From the IMG/VR virus record IMGVR_UViG_3300006867_000070, positions 1 to 27,967 of that record: DNA of 27,967 bases, one strand, 5' to 3'. Positions 25,057-27,967 of the stretch are shown piece by piece. Every line of letters begins with the position of its first letter. Within the stretch, counting starts at the first letter, position 1. The translations under genes were made by a program, and so were the position numbers. The DNA is from a virus (taxonomy: Duplodnaviria > Caudoviricetes). The notes under the pieces are model-generated. The model was given only the letters and a program-made list of their open reading frames with translations. It was not told where the DNA came from and made no database searches.

Positions 25057-25299
25057 TTAAAATGGCATATCGTCGTCAAAAGCTTCCTGCTTGTTGCTCT
25101 CCTTTGTCCCATATCCTCCTTCTTGCTTCTCCTTAAATGATAATGACATATACTTCACGCCATTCTTGCTCTCGTTAAGCCATGATGAAATGTAATACTC
25201 AACTCCATCAATCATAGCCTGCCCTTTGTAATCTGGATGTGTATCCTTCTCCTTCTCCTTGTTTCTGAATAATGCTCCACTATTGTCTTTCTGGTTCAT
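25057..25299 (-). CDS. Small ssDNA-binding-like protein (DUF736-like)
   Basis: NSGALF.N..K....PDYKG..I.G.EY..S.W motif; acidic SSB-type tail FDDDMPF. Confidence 0.75.
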   Translation of the reverse strand: MNQKDNSGALFRNKEKEKDTHPDYKGQAMIDGVEYYISSWLNESKNGVKYMSLSFKEKQEGGYGTKESNKQEAFDDDMPF

Positions 25300-25943
25300 G
25301 CTGTCACCTCATAATCGTATGTTTCGATAATTTGCGTATAGTCCTCAACTAACTTAAAAAACTTCTCTTCTCTCCTTTGTAGTCTCTCCACTTCCTCCTT
25401 CACTTGGTTAATGTGTAGCCTGCATATAAACAGGCGCTTGTCTTCTGGAAACTCTGCGCAGTAGCTAACGAAGTCGATCCATTGTCTGCCAGTGTGGTAC
25501 ATGTTGCCAATAATCTGCCATTTATAGGCAGGGTCATACGATTGACGCTTCAGGTTGGTAAGATGAACGTTAGCTATTACCGACTTAATCTCGATCAATC
25601 CATCATCTCCCACTAAACCATCGGGGCTACAACCAACCAGGCCACAGTCAAAGAATCCGCCGTTTGTTACTTCTGAGAATGTTCGGTCTTCATAAGCCAT
25701 TCGCGCTACAGGCTCTTGTTCGTGGCCTCTTTCCATATGATCATTCGAGTAAGAAGATCCAGCAGGGCGGCCTGTGATGCGTTCTACAGCTATTGTCATG
25801 GCTAGCTTCTTAGCTGGTTCGCCGAAAGCCTTACCATCATTCGCCATGATCTTACCGAAGCTGGAGCCTGTTAGCTTGCCAGCCCTCAGTAAATACCATT
25901 CGTCGCTATTCTGTTCAACGTTGTGAAATTGCATTATTGACAT
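25296..25943 (-). CDS. YqaJ / lambda exonuclease family protein
   Basis: QNSDEW..LR.G.LTGS, RGHEQEP.AR, GCSPDGL, IEIK and Y.WQ motifs. Confidence 0.93.
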   Translation of the reverse strand: MSIMQFHNVEQNSDEWYLLRAGKLTGSSFGKIMANDGKAFGEPAKKLAMTIAVERITGRPAGSSYSNDHMERGHEQEPVARMAYEDRTFSEVTNGGFFDCGLVGCSPDGLVGDDGLIEIKSVIANVHLTNLKRQSYDPAYKWQIIGNMYHTGRQWIDFVSYCAEFPEDKRLFICRLHINQVKEEVERLQRREEKFFKLVEDYTQIIETYDYEVTA

Positions 25944-26431
25944 TCTCCCACAAGTTGGAGCTCAAGATCGGGAGTGATAGTCATTCTCTTCTTAACCGCA
26001 TTGAGATTGCCATCACGCTGAAAAGCCGCTTTAGCGTTATCCCATGCCTTAGAGCCTGGCACGAGAGGCGGCAGGGTGGTTCTAGGCTTCTCTGTTGAGA
26101 TGCGTAAACCTTCTACCGTATCTCTGCCAAACCGGACTGAGCTATCTACATAAACCGTAACAGGTAGGTTCTGCCAGTCATCTATAAACTTGGACCCACT
26201 GAGGCTTGCAAGGGTCCGGCTGTTTGTTGCGTTCAAGATCATGGGCTTCAGCTTCTCACCTTGTCGAATTTCCTTCTCGACAAAGTATGCAGTATTGAAA
26301 AGATCCTTGGATTTCTTCGATTTGTCACTCTCAAGCTTCACCTGAGATATTGTAAGCACAGTAGGCTCTACAATGTCAGCCGAGCTGAGGTAGGGCGAGT
26401 TGAAAGCTTTTCTGTAATGAGTCTTTTCCAT
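25934..26431 (-). CDS. Recombination-associated protein (putative ssDNA-binding/annealing)
   Basis: Overlaps the exonuclease start; YL...D, KPMILNATN, DDW and GLRI motifs; function inferred from context. Confidence 0.55.
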   Translation of the reverse strand: MEKTHYRKAFNSPYLSSADIVEPTVLTISQVKLESDKSKKSKDLFNTAYFVEKEIRQGEKLKPMILNATNSRTLASLSGSKFIDDWQNLPVTVYVDSSVRFGRDTVEGLRISTEKPRTTLPPLVPGSKAWDNAKAAFQRDGNLNAVKKRMTITPDLELQLVGECQ

Positions 26432-26433
26432 TT

Positions 26434-26640
26434 CTATATCTCCACTAAATTTGTTTTATCAATTGCCATTTCTCTAACTAAGATGATGGCAGCCTTTAAT
26501 TTACAATCCTCTACAGCCTTTGTAGCTCGGTATCTGTGGAAGGGGCCGTAGAATGTAGCTACAGCCCAACCACCCACTGTTAACTCAGACGAGTACCATT
26601 TGTGCCTAAGCGTTGTCTTTAACTGGTTGTGACGTTGCAT
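26434..26640 (-). CDS. Hypothetical protein
   Basis: Fills the operon up to the next gene; start uncertain. Confidence 0.5.
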   Translation of the reverse strand: MQRHNQLKTTLRHKWYSSELTVGGWAVATFYGPFHRYRATKAVEDCKLKAAIILVREMAIDKTNLVEI

Positions 26641-26719
26641 TTGAGAAGCCGTCCATAGCCCGAGATGTGAAGAGGAACCCTAGAAGGGGCAAGCAAAGCA
26701 TGAATTTGATCAGGTCCAT
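26606..26719 (-). CDS. First early ORF, 37 aa, signal-peptide-like (not in ORF track)
   Basis: SD AAGGAG at 26733-28; MDLIKFMLCLPLLGFLFTSRAMDGFSNATSQPVKDNA*. Confidence 0.55.
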   Translation of the reverse strand: MDLIKFMLCLPLLGFLFTSRAMDGFSNATSQPVKDNA

Positions 26720-26752
26720 TTATGTATCTCCTTGTCGTGTTGGTATGATCTA

Positions 26753-26781
26753 ACTATAACGTTGTAATTTATAATTGTGAA
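26753..26781 (-). promoter_or_regulatory. Sigma70-like leftward promoter
   Basis: -35 TTCACA (26781-76), 17-bp spacer, -10 TATAGT (26758-53). Confidence 0.7.
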
Positions 26782-26802
26782 ATAACGTGTTCTCATAAAA
26801 AG

Positions 26803-26849
26803 TAACTACTACTATTACTTTATATTATTAGTAATAACTACTACTATTA
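26803..26849. repeat. 15-bp direct repeat TAACTACTACTATTA x2 (operator candidates)
   Basis: 26803-17 and 26835-49, 32-bp period, just upstream of a -10-like TATACT (26852-57) for the HTH gene. Confidence 0.8.
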
Positions 26850-26877
26850 ATTATACTCGCTACAAGGAGGTGTCAAA

Positions 26878-27066
26878 ATGAACTATCAACAAATTATGGC
26901 AGAACTGAAAGAAGCAGGATGGAGCAACTATCGTATTAACAAGGTGACAGGATTAAACACTAAGACTCTTCAAAATCTACGAGATGGATTAGTGACCAAT
27001 CCCAGACTAACTACGCACAATACTATCATTGCGTTGTACAACAAGGAGATCAAAAGGGATGTTTGA
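26878..27066 (+). CDS. Cro-like HTH transcriptional regulator
   Basis: GWSNYRINKVTGLNTKTLQNLRDG...NPR HTH pattern; SD AAGGAGG. Confidence 0.82.
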   Translation: MNYQQIMAELKEAGWSNYRINKVTGLNTKTLQNLRDGLVTNPRLTTHNTIIALYNKEIKRDV

Positions 27067-27253
27067 TTTTAATGTGATAGCGAACGAAAAACTCAATAGA
27101 GCTGTGATTGATGTAGGCTCAGTTAGATATGTTATAGAGATGAACGCGCAGCATTGCTATAGCGCTTTGATCTACAGGGATGTTGAAGGCGGCTATCATT
27201 GTAATAGTAAGTCAATTTATTTTGAAATGGGTTTTGAAACGAGGGAGATTTAG
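27059..27253 (+). CDS. Hypothetical protein
   Basis: ATG 27059 overlapping the end of the HTH gene; SD AAGGAG. Confidence 0.55.
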   Translation: MFDFNVIANEKLNRAVIDVGSVRYVIEMNAQHCYSALIYRDVEGGYHCNSKSIYFEMGFETREI

Positions 27254-27255
27254 AC

Positions 27256-27480
27256 ATGGATTGTACAGACTGCGGGTTGCAGATTAGCTCAGAAGACGAG
27301 CTAAGAGGCTATGAGATGTGTTTGAAGTGCCGACTAGACGAACCTATGGATCTCATTAACAAACTGATGAGAGAAGGCTGGGGAAGCCAAAGCGCAGCTG
27401 ATGAGGTACAGCGCAGGCTAAAACTGAATGATTCAGACACGCTAGCAGCTGCTTATTATTGTGAATTGTATCGAGAGTAA
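27256..27480 (+). CDS. Small Zn-finger (CxxC..CxxC) protein
   Basis: CTDC and CLKC; SD GGGAG. Confidence 0.65.
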   Translation: MDCTDCGLQISSEDELRGYEMCLKCRLDEPMDLINKLMREGWGSQSAADEVQRRLKLNDSDTLAAAYYCELYRE

Positions 27481-27688
27481 TCACCATCAAATATATGTTT
27501 TCTATCCTGTTAAGGTCAAGCCGAAGCAGGGTAGCAAAGTTATCATTTGCCGGAAATCTTCAGTAGAAATAGCAGTGTTTGAAGGCAGTCAATTTTTAAT
27601 CAATCAGAACGTTGTGCAGGATGTGAAGTGGTGGGGATATCTTCCGAAGCATCCTAATACACTAAATACACAATGTAGGAAATTATAG
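27461..27688 (+). CDS. DUF551-like hypothetical protein
   Basis: C-terminal VKWWGYLPKHP resembles the VTHWMPLP motif. Confidence 0.5.
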   Translation: MNCIESNHHQIYVFYPVKVKPKQGSKVIICRKSSVEIAVFEGSQFLINQNVVQDVKWWGYLPKHPNTLNTQCRKL

Positions 27689-27689
27689 C

Positions 27690-27938
27690 ATGCAAAGTTT
27701 AACGCAGGATAAGGAAGGAATAGTAGCAAATGGTGTGCGTTACAAGTACAAAGATCTTGGCGTAGATCCTAATAATGTAAGAGTTTTTCAGACAAACGGA
27801 AGGCTATTTGTCAACGGGAAAGAAGTAACCAAGGTAATAGCGAAGAGTCAGGATGATAGGTTGCCTCATGGCCGGTATATCTTAATTCTATTGGGTGCAG
27901 CGATCGGTATTTGCCTGGCGATTTGGAAAGCTAGTTAA
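27690..27938 (+). CDS. Hypothetical protein with a C-terminal TM anchor
   Basis: NGRLFVNGK repeat-like motif; hydrophobic C-terminus. Confidence 0.65.
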   Translation: MQSLTQDKEGIVANGVRYKYKDLGVDPNNVRVFQTNGRLFVNGKEVTKVIAKSQDDRLPHGRYILILLGAAIGICLAIWKAS

Positions 27939-27945
27939 TAATCAT

Positions 27946-27967
27946 AGCCCAGGTTTCTCTGGGCTTT
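27946..27967 (+). terminator. Probable intrinsic terminator (U-tract cut off by window end)
   Basis: AGCCCAG-GTTTCT-CTGGGCT followed by TT, just after a stop codon. Confidence 0.6.

Larger units (their letters stand above)
1..27967. mobile_element. Podovirus-like phage genome segment
   Basis: Head, tail, ejection and lysis modules; no tape-measure or tail-tube gene; no host genes. Confidence 0.95.

Overview
This window is ~28 kb of a tailed dsDNA phage or prophage with P22/SU10-like podovirus gene order, probably infecting a Gram-negative host (inference). The + strand late operon runs: small and large terminase, portal, scaffold, major capsid protein, a four-gene glycosyl/methyltransferase cassette, head-tail adaptor, P22 gp10-like stabilisation protein, a paralogous trio of virion proteins, a GNAT acetyltransferase, three ejection proteins, a tailspike and a lysis module (M23 endolysin, holins). 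The capsid gene is split. Exon 1 (5064-5165, missed by the ORF track) and exon 2 (6086-6988) flank a 920-nt group I intron whose P1-P10 helices can be traced by eye. The intron's HNH ORF starts in the P2 loop, reads through most of the ribozyme core and adds a further Zn-finger module beyond it. A convergent - strand early operon encodes a YqaJ exonuclease recombination module, a MazG-like protein and a cluster of membrane proteins, one of which carries a frame-independent GTAC repeat array. A divergent promoter region leads to a Cro-like HTH gene. Main highlights are the capsid intron, a candidate virion glycosylation system, a repeated covarying hairpin at terS and the scaffold gene, and a membrane-anchored HTH protein with internal iteron-like sites. 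All family calls come from motif recognition; no database searches were run.
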